Shown here: in pieces, positions 48,491 to 64,000 of the stretch | How positions within the stretch are numbered: the stretch's first letter is position 1 | Layout: each line of letters opens with the position of its first letter | Assembly: GCA_043228905.1 (NCBI GenBank) | Contig: JBHGNT010000003.1 | Span: 1,860,001-1,924,000 of the forward strand | Direction of reading: 5' to 3' | DNA length: 64,000 bases | From: Azolla caroliniana | Lineage: Eukaryota > Plantae > Polypodiophyta | Translations under genes and position numbers: made by a program | Notes under the pieces: generated by a model | The model's database searches: none | What the model was told of the DNA's origin: nothing | What the model saw: only the letters and a program-made list of their open reading frames with translations

Positions 48491-51400
48491 AACAAAGCCA
48501 ATAACAAATTGAGAGAGAGGTTCCAAAACCTTTTGAATACATGGTTAGAACATAAAACCCTTAGTCTTTATCGTTGCTCGGATAAATAAACCTTACAAAT
48601 AATACAATGAAAACCCCAAGAAACTATTGGTGAATCAATATGGTCATGAAAGGTAATGTTAATTTTAGGAGCATTGGTTTAGTTTCAATTCATTTTTAAC
48701 TTGTTGACTTCAACAACTATCATTTGAAACAACCCAACTCCATGGTAATTTGGATCTTAGAGTATATGTTTTATTAGGAGTTACACAAACAAGGAACTAT
48801 GAGATCCTCTTTTGGTCGTGTCCTTGTTGATCCCAATAATGTTTGTTCAATCATTGATGTTGAAAAATGTGTTTAATCAATAGTCAAACAATAAACTTTT
48901 TGAACTCGCATGCATCAAGAAAACCAAGAGCTCATACTCAAGAGCATTAAACTTGTGTGATATTTGAATGCATCAGTTTTTTCTTTACGCATGAATGTTG
49001 AAAGTATAAGATGACATTAAGTCAAATACATTATTTATGAAATATTTAGATCTCGCACTCTCGTGATTCTTTATTTGTGTGAAAAAGTTTTCAAATTCCA
49101 AACTCTCTTTACTTCATTAAAAACTTCTAAGAAAGGGGTTGTAGTTCATTCACATGACCATACAACATCAATGTTTGGGAATCAAACCCTAAAAAACAAT
49201 GTCAAGGCCAAATACATTCAAGAGAATTCTAGCAAATAAGAAAGGGATGACATATTGGTTTCAAATATGACACGTTATAATATATCTCTACCAATATTGC
49301 TTCAATAGAGCATGCAATGCTATGTAAGGGCAATGAGATGGTTTAAGATGGAGCATACCGAAGAATAAAGCTTTGTTAAGAGTGTTTAATAAATAATGCT
49401 ACTAAAAAAGACATGCAACCTCTCACCATACCCAACAATACACACACACACACACACATTGAAGCTACATAAACTACATCTAGTATTAAGATTGTGCAAT
49501 GCCAAGGAGTGCATGCAATTACGTCACTTTGTCAAACCCATCTTCATTGTCTTCCTATCATTGAGTTGGTTGTGTGGTTTATGCAAACCATTGTGAATGT
49601 AAACTCATTTGTATGTAAGTGGTGATGAAAGTAAAATTAAAACATTGGTGCATTTTTCAAAGAAACCATTGCCTTCCATTTCGAAGGATAGAGTTATAAA
49701 ACCCGTCATTTTAACTATTTCATTCCTTGCCCAATTTTTGTAAAATTCATGTGCATTGTTAGGTAAGCTTTGTTAATATGTAAGTCTTGATTGATTGTTC
49801 CATCCAAATGCAAATCTAGTAGCATATAGCATAAACATTGTTGGTTCTCATCAAACAATAAACATACATTTAGGAATTAGCATTGACAATTGATTTTAAA
49901 TGTGATTGCAAATAGATAGCAAATGATTTATATTTAATGTGCATTTTCTGTGAGCACAGGAGGTAGTTTGTTTAGGACATTTCACTCTAATTTTAGAAAT
50001 TCTTGAGGTGAGCGAGTATTGGGAGGTTTTTTCTCGCTAGTCCCACATATGAATCATGCTGAATAAGTTTGTAAGAGCTAAATGTTGAGCGAACTTTAAG
50101 TCCATGAATAAGAGAAGTTGATAAGTTTCCAAATTGTAGCATATATGAAGGCAACCCAAGAATTCTACTGTATCCCATAATATCTCATAATGTAGCTCCA
50201 TGTTGTTCTAAGTTGTATGCTTGACTCTTGTTACTTAATCTTCCCTTGTCATATCTCTACAAAGTCGTACTTTATGCTAGCACTATATGGCCTTACAACA
50301 TATCACCACAAAAGCCAACATAGTTAAATGAAACTTTGTTGATAATCTTTGAAATGGTAAGGATACCACAATCTTAAAGTTTTCATTGTTCATGTACATT
50401 ACCTTCCTTCCAAATATGTATAAGATGTCAACCATTTTTCAAGAATATCACATCCATCAATATGAGACGATACCACTTCATTTATCTTCAAGGGTTTGAC
50501 TTACAATATGACGAGGATAGATCGTTTTAGGAATACCAAACACACAAGCACCCAAGAATAATAAGTTGATGGTCATCTCAATACATTCTGTCTTTTCTTC
50601 CTCTATCAAAAATTGGTCATGAAGGTTATATGAATCCCCCTATGGTATTGGAATCTAATGGTGATGATGAAGACATTGATCATACATGTGCTATGATATG
50701 TTTTGGTTGTGACTAAAGGGAAGTACAACATTCAACTCAATGATGTTTGCTGCAATGGTAGAGAGTTCTCACATTAGCTTTCACACACTACAATCTCATT
50801 GAGATGCAATCAATATTATAGCTCCTATCTTCTTTGACAACAACAAAAGGCATGAAAGGCAAGAACAAGCTTTGATCATTGTATGCATCTTTATTTAGTT
50901 TTTGGGCTACCATAACCTCAAAATTCTAATCCATGTTTCTAAATTTTTATTTTTATTTGGCTCGTTGTGATAAAAAGTGGAGTTTACAAGTCAATCTGAC
51001 CCATAACATCCAAATTCATGGGCATCACAACCATTCACAGGTTTTGTACATATTGAGCTTGTGTCTACAATAGTCTCATCATTTTAAAAGACTAGTGACA
51101 ATTGAAGCCTCTTATTTTATATGAGAATTAGATATCATAGGCTATAAAATGGCACATTATTTCGTTATATGGTTGGCTAGCATGTTATACAATCAATAAT
51201 TTCTTTCAAATCATATTGTTAAACACTAATCAATCAATGCAAATTGAAATTTTTGGAAATGAGAACATAGTCATTGTAAAAGTGTGAATTAGTGAATGCA
51301 AAAAATTGTATTGAGTTTATCCTTGTATAAAAGGAAGTTAGAACATAGCAAAGAAACAATAGAAACATGATGGTTTAAGATCCAAAATGCAAACAAAGAA

Positions 51401-53213
51401 TTTTCTACATTTCCCAAACATCAGAACAAAAAAGAATAAAAGTCATGACTCATGAGTATCAACATGAGAAAAAACAAAGGGTCATGGAGCAATTACATGA
51501 TGAAGCTAGGCATGATTCAACAAATAACATTTTTATAACTTCAAATGTTAACAATTCTTAACATCTAAAGGTTACATTATGTGAAAAAACATGATCGACA
51601 ATTTGCTTTCCATTTATTTGCCAAGGCACGTTAACATCCGCACACAATGTCCCTTCAAAAGTTAAAATGATACTTGATTATGCATAACAATGTGCAAAGT
51701 CTTTTCAACAATCAGCCTCTATTTGAAGCAAAATGACTCTACTTTTTAAATATAGTTGCTATTTTTTGCTTATATTGGTATGCCATTGGTAACCTAACAT
51801 AAGTCTCTAGAGCCGTGAGCGTAGCATCAAATTTTAATCAATAGTGATTTAATTTACGTATCTATGAACAAAAATCTCTATGCAATCACTCTTGGAATTC
51901 TCCTTCCACCATACATTTGGATTACTAATGAATAAGTTCCACAATATTAATTCCACGATCTCCTAATAAATACTACTCTTCTTGTTGCCTAGTCTTGCCA
52001 TGCACGTGATGAATGGTCAAGCAACATTGTCGATGTTAATTGATGCATGGACCATTTGCATGATCTTCTAAATGTCTAATATTACTCTCTATGTTGTCTC
52101 ATCTTGCAATTACTACTTGTGTCGGCTCAAGGTGTCCTAACCAATAGAGTTTCATCTCCTTGTTGATAACATAGGCCAAGGGGCCTGGATCACCATATAC
52201 CATATTGACGGTGAGTCAGTCGGGAGTGGTTGTCAATCACTCTCACACCACAAACCTCACTTACCCTAACCTAGCAGACTCTTACTCACCTTTCTCACAA
52301 AAATAACATAACTAAGAATTTAACTAATGCCTTTGAAAGGCTTAAGTGTTAGACACCAATATAAGTAATGATGATTACACACGACACTAACCACTCCTTG
52401 ATCAGAGAAGTTACACAACACATACGATGAAGAGAGTGATTAGTGTTTGGCTTAGGAATGCCCAACACTAATCACCCACAAGAGAGAAAAAGGGAGAGAG
52501 AGCTCTAGCTTAGACTACAAAGAGGCTGGCGACCTAAAATTCCATAGGAAGAACTAAAAATGCACAAAATTGACTTTTTATAGCTATTTTACAAAGAGAT
52601 TGTCTCCTTTCACCTTGGGGCTGTTATTAGGCCTAAAACTCTAGAGGCAACTTTTGTTGTGTTCCCGTTTTCTTTGTCTTACGCTTGGTCTTTAGTACCA
52701 ATGTCAATATTTTCGTTGGTAATACTATGTACAACAGGTACTTAACACTCCTTAACATTGGATAACTTGAGCTATCCTACTCAACCCAAGAATAAATCAT
52801 CTTAAGGGCATAACTAAACCCATTGAGATCATTTGAAGGGTTTTGCAAGAGGTAAATCAACAGAAATGCTGAAATTTCTGCAAAACAAAATAGGATCCCA
52901 GAAATTACAGATGATGAAAGGATTGTGTAGATATTGTGAGCAGCTTTGAACTGTCACAGCAGCAAGTATCTAATAATACGGTCATGGCTGTTTTTTGGTA
53001 TATCATGAAAACTGCCGCATGAAGCAACACAATAGAAAGCAATGTCTAGCTTGAATATATAGATCATACTAAATTTATGGCACGAATCTCATAGTTCTAG
53101 CCATACTTCCCATTCGTGAATATTCGTATAATACTCATACGTGAAATAGCTCCAAGTATGCTTGAAATCCATACGTGATACATACATACATACGGTGTAC
53201 ATATTGTGTGTCT

Positions 53214-53340
53214 GAGAAGAAAGAAAGAAAGAAAGATATAGTAACGTCTTCTAAGGCCAAATTTGGCCCATGAGACAAATGGTTTACAACAAAAAATGGG
53301 ATATTTACCTATTCATCGAAATGAGAGAGAGAGAGAGAGA
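53214..53340 (-). mobile_element. LINE 3'-end fragment with (CTTT)n tail, next to (GA)n
   Basis: TAACGTCTTCTAAGGCCAAATTTGGCCCATGAGACAA.TGGTTTACAACAA, nearly identical to positions 16-66. Confidence 0.85.
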
Positions 53341-53401
53341 TTTATGTAGTGGGAAGTATGCAAATGATTAACAATCATCTGCATACAATGATGATTGAAA
53401 A

Positions 53402-53656
53402 TCATGCAGCTTTGGCAAAGCCTACGCGAGTCTTTCCATAATCACACTGTATGGTACACTCCCATGAACACATCTCCTAAGATCCTGGAGTCGAAAGAAT
53501 AAATCCATTGATTGAGACAATAAATCATCCAGAAAAGAAAAAATATAGCCTCTTTTAAATCACCACATACCATGAGGGTGTAACAGGTATATCCAAACCA
53601 ATAAGGCCACTCATGCATTGAGAGGCTTCACCTTCTCCAAAACTTAATATATACTC
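53402..53656 (-). pseudogene. Captured 3' fragment of a phytepsin (A1 aspartic protease) gene: two exons plus an 86-bp intron
   Basis: EYILSFGEGEASQCMSGLIGLDIPVTPSW | GT..AG intron 53570-53485 | ILGDVFMGVYHTV(frameshift)DYGKTRVGFAKAA*. Confidence 0.88.
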
Positions 53657-54698
53657 ATGGACTGTGAGAGAGAGAGAGGGGAGGAGAGGAATTGCTAGAG
53701 TGAGAGAGAGAGAGGAGAGGAGAGGAATTGCTAGCTGTCTGTCTACTTTCTTTGCGTACATCGCTCAAAGAGGAGCTCCTCATCTATCCATTACACACAC
53801 ACAGCAGAGAGAAGAGACATACACAGGAAGCATATAGAAACAGAGAGAAGAATTGTGTTTCTCACTCCTTCTCCCTGTTCAGACTTCAGTTCGCGACAAA
53901 TATCAGAAAAAAAATTAACCAAAAGAAAAAAAAATCCAAACGAATGTCGCGTATCATACGCGAACGAATGCAAACGTTCACATACGTCCACCAAATTGGA
54001 CGTATGTGAATATTACGAACTAGGGCCACAATAGAAAGCAATGTGTCGCTCAAATATTTAGATCATACTAAATTCATGCACTGGACAAAGCATTTATCTC
54101 ATATTCCTTGCCAATGTGATGAATGCCCAAACACCATTGTCAATATTGATCCAAACATGCATATCAAGGATGTGTTAAAGGCACCAAGGATTAGACTCAA
54201 CGGAATTAAAACTCTGATTTTTTTCTCCCAATATAAATACATTGCATATGTCTTCTCTGATCCTCTCTTACTCTTAATGCAAACAACTTTGGTAGAAACT
54301 TTCGTCCATTCTCTATATAGCTTTAAAGCATTCAGTTAAGACTTTCGCTTATTCAGAGAATTTCAAAGCTTTTCCCTTTCCATTACCCAAACATTATACC
54401 TCCTTTCCAGCATAGGAAATTTTCCCTCTTATATGAGAGATGATATAAAATGATCAAAGGTTCCTTTATGAATCCTCATAGTGTAGAGAACAAGCTTCAA
54501 AATTTATTGATTGCTTGATTTACCCTTAAAACACTCAATTTTGATCCGGCTTTATGTGTGATCAATTAACTGCATTTATTCCTTATGAAAATATATACAC
54601 AAAAAAAGAGATTTGGGTTTTATTTCCCGCTATTCAAAGTGTACATACAAAACAATAAAAGAGAAAGAATAGCAATAATACCACTTATTCTCGATCTT

Positions 54699-55460
54699 TT
54701 AAAGCTTCGAAGTCGATGAAAGAGAAGACAATGATGATGATGATGATGATACCGACCTTGATGATGATGATGAAGATGATCGTTCGAATTCTCGGAAAAC
54801 ATTGGGGTACATAGCTTCTCTCATATCTCTATAAAAAATTCCCTTCCACTTGCGGCTCACAAGCTCCTTAGCAAGCTCAGAAGCAGCCTCTATAGTCTTC
54901 TCTGAATCATCATAAACCGAATCTACAATACCAGCCTCCAATGCCACATCTGCGGTGTGTTTCTTCCCGCATAAGACTGCATCCTTAAAGGCTTTTGGGC
55001 CCATTTTATATCTAACTATATTCATGATCCCAGGCGGGATGAGGATAGAGACATCTATCTCGCTCATGTATAGGAAGCCACGATCACGCCTCATGAGGAT
55101 ATGGTCGTGGGCAAGGGCGAGTATGAAACCACCCACGGCAGCATGCCCACACACGGCTGCAATTGTGGGCATTGGAAGGTTCATGTAAGCTTCCAGAAGC
55201 TTCTGGAAGCATGTGCCAACCATGGAAAACGATGGGTAAGAGAGGTCCAGTCCATTGGAGAAGAACTTCCCTTCGGTTGTTGTGATCAGAACTGAGGAAG
55301 AAGAAGAAGAAGGAATTAGGGTTTGTTTTATGGTTTTCAGGCATATAAGCATGGCTTCTACTAAAGGTGGATTGATTCTGTGCTCTCCATCGCCCAACAA
55401 GGTTAGTATGTAGACAGCCCCTCTCTTCTCTAGTTTGCAGAGCTCCCTTTCATTCGCCAT
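54699..55460 (-). CDS. ECI: Peroxisomal delta3,delta2-enoyl-CoA isomerase (crotonase family), intronless, PTS1 SKL
   Basis: LCKLEKRGAVYILTLLGDGEHRINP, EGKFFSNGLDL, LPMPTIAAVCGHA, LAHDHILMRRDRGFLYMSEID; C-terminal SKL. Confidence 0.92.
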   Translation of the reverse strand: MANERELCKLEKRGAVYILTLLGDGEHRINPPLVEAMLICLKTIKQTLIPSSSSSSVLITTTEGKFFSNGLDLSYPSFSMVGTCFQKLLEAYMNLPMPTIAAVCGHAAVGGFILALAHDHILMRRDRGFLYMSEIDVSILIPPGIMNIVRYKMGPKAFKDAVLCGKKHTADVALEAGIVDSVYDDSEKTIEAASELAKELVSRKWKGIFYRDMREAMYPNVFREFERSSSSSSSRSVSSSSSSLSSLSSTSKL

Positions 55461-57699
55461 AGCTACCTACCTATTCTTTGTTCTTCTTTCTTCCGTCTGT
55501 CTGTATGAAGAGGATTCTATCACTAGGACATCCAAATGTTCTATTTTTTATTTTTTATTTTTTATTTTTTGTTTTTTGTTTTTTTAAAATTTTTTTATAA
55601 AGAAAACTATTTCCATGAGTAATAAAATTTACAGATGAGAATGTTATACATATACAAATCATGGTAGGGACACGATAGTTCCATCTTATGTCGAGGCCCA
55701 GTGACTCATTCATACCTATACAAGTGTGATGAACCTAAAACATGGGGGTCTTGAAACGAGCCCAAAAACACGGTAAGGAGAAGGAGAATAAGCAAAAGTG
55801 AGTTTTCATTAACATAATTTAAGCATGATTAACAAGATGATTAGTTACACACTCCTTAGAGCTATTATAATTAAGGAAAGTGGAAGGAGAGAGTTTGTAA
55901 ATCAGGGAAGGAATAAAAAATGAGGAGAAGCTCCTCTATATATCAAGTTGTTGGGTTTACCCAAGTCATGGCTTTTGAGCTTCCCAAGCCGTTATGTGAA
56001 AAGTCGTCATGCCTAAGAACAATTATTTCAAGATAGGCGTTTCTTTTGTGGTCTGGGGGTCTTTCGTGGGACCCAACTCTGCTTGGGATTGGTATTCCCC
56101 ACCCGAAACTAGCGCCCTTGGCACTAGGATTGAGATTGGGACTAGGATTGGTTCCCTTCCTTCTTGGGTCCCAACTTAGGTTGGGGTTGGTGACTGCATG
56201 GGATTGTCCCAACCCAAACCATTCTTGGGTTATGTTTGTGCCACATTCATATAAAACAATGTATTCATTCATACCTATACATCTTATGAGGAAGTTTTGA
56301 AACCTACACACACTTTACATTCTCTCTAGGTCCAAGGCCAAACACATTACTATTGCTCAACAAACTTGGGGCCTTCTTTGGAGGCTCACAAATACCTAAC
56401 ATGAATGAGATGATCCACAAGATAGAGTTCAAGTTTCCAGGTTAAGTCGATGCAATGGGAAGAACACTGATGGGCCACTAACCACAAGAAGAATCCATAT
56501 GATGGTCCCTGATGAAGAAATCGTGCATACCTCAATAGTTGATGCACGGGGAGACCTAATCAAGACGTTGCACAAAAGCACAATCCGTTTGTGTGTCATA
56601 GTAGATCGGGTGACTATGTTTCCATTTTTTCCCCTAGGATCCCCCCCAACTTTTCGTGACACTGCTTTACATGAGGGATTATACAATAATCTCTCATCCT
56701 ACAAATGTACGAGGAGCTTAAGATTGGTGCATAACCTTATTTGTGAGCACTACATATAGAGGTAGGCATTACGAGTGTTATTAAATTGGATAGTTTGGAG
56801 GAGAATTAGTGACATGTAATAGAATTGTGGCTTTTATATAGTAGGACAATGACATATTATACATGTGCATTACGAGACGTTGGACTCAACACATAGCCGT
56901 TATAATAAATTTAATGGAACTCCCACATGTGGACTCCATGTTTAAGGCTAGATGTGTGGGTTCCATGTTGCTATGTAGTAAATTTGGTATTCTAAAGTCA
57001 TTGTACAAAGAAATTATCAAACATTGGTTATGCAATTCAAAGGGAAGGACACATTAAGATAACAAATAGTATGGCAAGTACAAGACATTGTACCAATGGT
57101 AGTAAGTGAGACATAATCAATCATAGGCAAATTAATCCATCCACAACTACAATAGCTTGAGGTACATAACATCTCTTTCCATTGGTTTCTATGGTATATT
57201 GTGAAATTCTATGCCCCATATATGTGTCAATGGTATATCCACAAACTGGTGGAGGATCAACTCGCCCATAACATCCTATATAAAGGAATTGGTATGATAG
57301 TTGCAAGAGTGGAAATAGAAAGAGTGAGGGAACAAAGAATGTTTTGCATACGTCAATAACCATCCTAATCGAAGAAGAGGTGGATTTTGTTGTCAGATTT
57401 GCCAAGTTGGTGAGAAGAGATCTCCTCCTCCATCAATTACAAATATTAGAGGAAAATGTTGGCTGCATATCCTCGCGTGTCTACGAATCTGTTATTTGTT
57501 TGCTTAAAAGCTTTATTTTAAAGTAATTGGTGAATTAGATAATACGCCTCATGCAATGGAATAGATATAATGGAGATATAGGTATGTTATGTGTGAGAGA
57601 TAAAGAAATATAGAGATTTTATTATTGTCTTCCGAGGTCAAATATGAGACATGAAACCAAAAAAAATAACGTTTTCATGTAAAAGGCGAATAACAGTTT

Positions 57700-58800
57700 G
57701 CAATATTCAAGAACTTTACTAATGAATGTTGCAAATGGGTCTGCATGTTATGATCGTGAGAAAAAATCCTGCAATGATTGGTTTTGGTCAAAGATGACTT
57801 GAAAGCATAGCTCAATTGTATCAAAGGCATGGCATTGTATCAAAGTATGATACTAATATGTAAACTTGTTTAGGGGAGAATGTGCATAGTTGACTATTTG
57901 TCACACATGTACTCTGATGCATGTATTTGGAGCGAGTCTGAATTAAGTCTATGGAAGCAATTGTTCGAATGATAGACGATTGGATGGGCTCTAACATGTA
58001 CTTATGTATACGGTTTCCCTGTTCAACAAATAATATGGTTTCATAGCTTGGTGCAACATATCTTGTCAACATCAACATCAACATTTGTCGTTGTAGATAT
58101 GGCCGACTTTGGCCTACATCATAATGACGTTCCATCAAACACAACATCTTGGCTTAAAGAACTTTTCAAGTCTAAGTTGGATTGAAGCAATTGTAGTGTT
58201 TTTGCTCTAGTAGAATAGCGGATGAAATTATATTTATCTGACTTATGTTCGATCTTCGTTTGTATCTCATCCAAGACATTCTCGTACACAATGCATTGGA
58301 ATTTTTGAAATGCAACGATTTTGGTTTCCTCCCATACAATATCTCTCGTGTGAGGTCACATTGTCTATACCATTGATTCATCAAGTCAAATGTTATAGCC
58401 AATGCCTCCATGTGATATGTTTGTCATATGCCAATCACTTCACTTTGCTATCCCATTTTGTTGTGGCACATATCGATAAATGAATTGTTGGCTTACTCTC
58501 AATTGTTGGAGCAACTCAGAAATTCACTAACGGAGATTGATGTCAATCATACTCTTTTTTGCCCTTTATTGAACATCAAAGATTTTACCATGTTCTCATG
58601 AAGGATAAACGCTTACACTTATCTTCTTCCACATGCAACCAATCTCCCTTTGTCCGCAAGGTCTTCAATAAGCAACATTGAATGCAGGCAACTTGCATTT
58701 CTTGCTTCATGATTTGTCTAGTGGACATGGTTGTCTGGATGATGAGATATGTATATATATTGGTCGAAAGAGCAAAGATAACTTAGTATACATGAAGAAG
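57700..58800 (-). pseudogene. Very degraded copia-like RT remnant
   Basis: Faint similarity only (LCLMERHYDVGQSRPY cf. LKKALYGLKQ; ILYGRKP); boundaries uncertain. Confidence 0.3.
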
Positions 58801-60143
58801 AATATCAATGGAATGAAACAAGCACGTAAACAAATGAAAAGTCTGTATGCAATCCCAAGAATATAGAAGAATAAGTCTTAATGGATCGACTCTATTAAAA
58901 ATCAAAATGGAAGCTTGATTATACTTATCCTATATGCATAATAGATATCACTTAATGGAAGGAGCAAGAATGACCTTGATGATTTAAGGTCGAAGTCAAG
59001 TAAAAGAGTGGAAATGAAAGACTAAGGCAATGTACACCAATGTTGTCATGTGATATGCACATTAAACATGAAAGGGATTAAGGACTTGGGAAATGAAAGA
59101 TATTAGGAGAAACGAGGAGATGAGAGATATTTTAACGAACAAATATTGGGGTGGAGGAGAAGATTGCAAAGTTACCAATGTGGACATAAAATGTTTGGGG
59201 CTCTTGTGTGTGTTATGATAATTACAAGGTTTGATGTTGCATTTACAATGGAAATTGTTAGTAGGCATATGGCGAATCAAGGTATGAGATCTTCAAAGCA
59301 ATGACAAGTACTAGAAGATACGTTAAAGGTGCAAAAGACTCGATTGAGCTCTTTATGTATATTAGTTTCTATTGTAGCATCTAGTTGGATACAACTATAG
59401 GTTGATGAAGTTGCAAAGCCATTTGACTTTCTAGATCCCAAATGGTGTTAGGCATAATCTCAATCCACATAGTAGGCAAGATACTTAGATGATAACAACG
59501 AGAAACCATAGGATAGAACATGTCTTTTGGGTAGACAACGTACAACCATATTGAAAGTTTATAACATTAAGGGCTTAAACTATCCCAATCATTATCAACA
59601 ACGTTTTTTGGCAACTAGATGTACATCTAGCATGTGCAATAACAATGTGCAAACTAATTCGTAAGGTAAAACGCAAGGGATACATAAAATAGGAGAAGAT
59701 GATGTAAGCCATGTTATATTGCTACATGGTTACCATTCTTTGATACTCCGACTATCTATGTACTCGTAGAAAACCGATTCTCTGTTTCTCTTGGCAAGCG
59801 AACGAGCAAACTAATTTTATATCGAGAGTTGGGAGTCACAGCCACCCAAAGAGCCCGTACCAAGTTGAAAACACACATGTCTATACGAGAGAGCAAGGGG
59901 TTGCTTGATCAGGCTACTCCTAACACCGATGATTAGTTTTCCATCGAGTAGTTAGACCCTGCCCCACCACAACACTATAGAAGATCCGTAACCACTATAA
60001 CAGCAAGTTAGGGGCGGAGATTCTCATCGGCTGCTCCAAAGGATCTAACGGATTTGCGAAGAGTGTAGGTTTTCTTACTGGCAGTGTGTGAGCCCCAACC
60101 GTATCAGAGTGGCGGCCCTAGACCCGTGTGTCCGGGCTTGATC

Positions 60144-60147
<4 letters not shown>

Positions 60148-60180
<33 letters not shown>

Positions 60181-60456
60181 AATATTAACATCTTCTAAGA
60201 CCAAAATTGGCCCATGAGACAATTGGTTTACAACAAAAATGGGGTATTTACCCATTCTCCTAGAGAGAGAGAGAGAGGAGAGTGTGTGTGTGTAGAGAGA
60301 GAGAGAGAGGAGAGCGTGTGAGTAGTGTGTGTGTAGAGAGAGAGAGAGGAGAGTGTGTGAGCAGTGTGTGTGTAGAGAGAGAGAGAGGAGAGTGTGTGAG
60401 CAGTGTGTGTGTAGAGAGAGAGAGGAGAGTGTGTGAGTAGCGTGTGTGTGTAGAGT

Positions 60457-60494
<38 letters not shown>

Positions 60495-60510
60495 TAGTGT
60501 GTGTGTGTGT
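60148..60510. repeat. Compound (GA)n/(GT)n microsatellite containing a third LINE 3'-end fragment (~60175-60260, minus strand)
   Basis: AAAGAAATATTAACATCTTCTAAGACCAAAATTGGCCCATGAGACAATTGGTTTACAACAA flanked on both sides by (GA)n. Confidence 0.88.
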
Positions 60511-60738
60511 TGACATGACCCGGTACCCCCTCACTTTTCTTTTCCAGCAAGCTCTTGTAGTAGTACATACTAAGTAGTATGTAGTTGTTGGCTTGAAACG
60601 CCATCACCATCACTACCACAGAAGCATTTGAAGCAGAAACAGCAGAAGCAGAAGATTATGATGATGAAGTGAAGGCAGGCGTAGACGAAGTGAAGGCAGT
60701 CGAAGGCGTAGGCGGCAGAGGAAGGAAAAGAGAGATAA

Positions 60739-64000
<3,262 letters not shown>

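Larger units (their letters stand above)
53090..54024 (-). mobile_element. Non-autonomous Pack-hAT of the same family as 23058-26310
   Basis: 53090-53175 matches the reverse complement of the 26310 end (CATAGTTCTAGCCATAC...ATACTCATACGTGAAAT...CCAAGTATG). 53930-54024 matches the reverse complement of the 23058 end (GGACGTA.GTGAACGTTTGCA...GCGTATGATACGCGA). Confidence 0.85.

Noticed and set aside
49990-50830. Possible Gypsy RT relic on the minus strand
   Set aside because: Only faint motif echoes (GHIV, FLG); too degraded to support without a translated search.

Overview
Eukaryotic land-plant genomic DNA; a seed-free plant such as a fern is plausible from the TE repertoire, but that is inference only. 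Host genes: the last two exons of a GT90/CAP10-type glycosyltransferase (+) with a 5'-truncated LINE in its intron, a complete 13-exon COP1 (-), a complete 12-coding-exon plastid triose-phosphate translocator (-), an intronless peroxisomal enoyl-CoA isomerase ending in SKL (-), and a RabA/Rab11 GTPase (+) running off the right edge. About 4-29 kb is a TE nest. An old ZNF862-like hAT is split by a Ty3/Gypsy element (433-bp LTRs, TGAAG TSD, extra ~940-codon coiled-coil ORF) and by a second hAT (8-bp TSD, in-frame-deleted transposase). The Gypsy RT is in turn split by a 5.8-kb Sola-like TIR transposon (36-bp TIRs, 4-bp TSD) carrying a CRISPR-looking array of 25-bp palindromes with invertible spacers. 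Also present: a palindromic two-left-end hAT derivative, a Pack-hAT holding an intron-containing phytepsin gene fragment, and LINE 3' ends repeatedly embedded in (GA)n microsatellites. All calls were made by eye; no database searches were run.
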